In this document: piece by piece, positions 63,423 to 64,000 of the stretch
How the letters are laid out: each line of letters opens with the position of its first letter
Numbering within the stretch: position 1 is the stretch's first letter
NCBI RefSeq assembly: GCF_035084215.1
Contig: NC_090349.1
Location: 26,660,001 to 26,724,000 of the forward strand
Source of the DNA: Heptranchias perlo
Taxonomy: Eukaryota
DNA: 64,000 bases
Reading direction: 5' to 3'
Notes under the pieces: generated by a model
What the model saw: the letters and a program-made list of their open reading frames with translations, nothing else
Databases searched by the model: none
What the model was told of the DNA's origin: nothing
Position numbers and translations under genes: made by a program

Positions 63423-63540
63423 TTAGGATTTTTTGTATTCAATTCGTTCTACTTTTACATCATCACAAATCAACTGATAAACATAAGTGACTACTGTGGA
63501 TGCCTGAATGTCCATCAATACGAATGAAGGGATGATATTA
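63423..63540 (-). CDS. VPS29: Retromer subunit VPS29, last coding exon
   Basis: ctctctttccag|[39 protein letters not shown]; near-identical to the vertebrate VPS29 C-terminus. Confidence 0.96.
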
Positions 63541-64000
63541 CTGGAAAGAGAGAGAGAACAAGCTGGTTAGTTTCTACATAAAGGAATTATAGCTTTAGTT
63601 TCTTGTGCTTACACGTGCGGCCACTATACAACAAAATTGCTCTTTTTTACACAAGTTCTTAGTACCATAGTAGCGTCCGTGGCCAATTAAATCAAACCTC
63701 ACTTTAAACACCCCTAGCTGCAAACTAAAAATAAAGTTTCCTGTTAAATTCTACACAAGGCCATTCTTTATAAACAGAAATACTGAATAAAAATATTCAT
63801 GAATAATTAACTTTACACCTCATTACACTAACTGAATGTGAACATTTAGCATATATTTAAATTTAGTTTTTGGGTTAGAATTTAATGAACAGACTAAAAT
63901 GCTCATTCATGACTACATTTATCCAATCAGTACGAACTTCTGTAGCTTGAATGAATGCACTAATCTATCTGCACCTTCTAGGAGCAGAAAGGGGTAAGAG

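Overview
Eukaryotic, repeat-rich vertebrate DNA. The repeat families (CR1/L3, L2, Deu-domain SINEs, Penelope-like, Tx1) suggest a cartilaginous fish such as a shark; this is inference. Four intron-containing genes are recovered by reading splice sites by hand, in the same order as the human 12q24 block. ARPC3 (minus): coding exons 1-6, last exon left of the window. GPN3 (minus): complete, 8 exons, 286 aa. FAM216A-like (plus): at least 6-7 exons. VPS29 (minus): last coding exon only. Most long ORFs in the supplied track are decayed LINE reverse-transcriptase fragments or a G-rich minisatellite. The most notable item is a ~3.26 kb non-LTR retrotransposon (47601-50861, minus). It has a tRNA-derived A/B-box head and a SINE-like body joined directly to an APE-RT ORF with no ORF1. 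Its sense strand has no TTTT run, which suggests a protein-coding LINE transcribed by Pol III. Also present: Penelope-derived insertions with minimal hammerhead ribozyme motifs, a 1.16 kb solo LTR, two inverted duplications between the GPN3 and FAM216A promoters, and a polarised 2.1 kb minisatellite inside a MITE.
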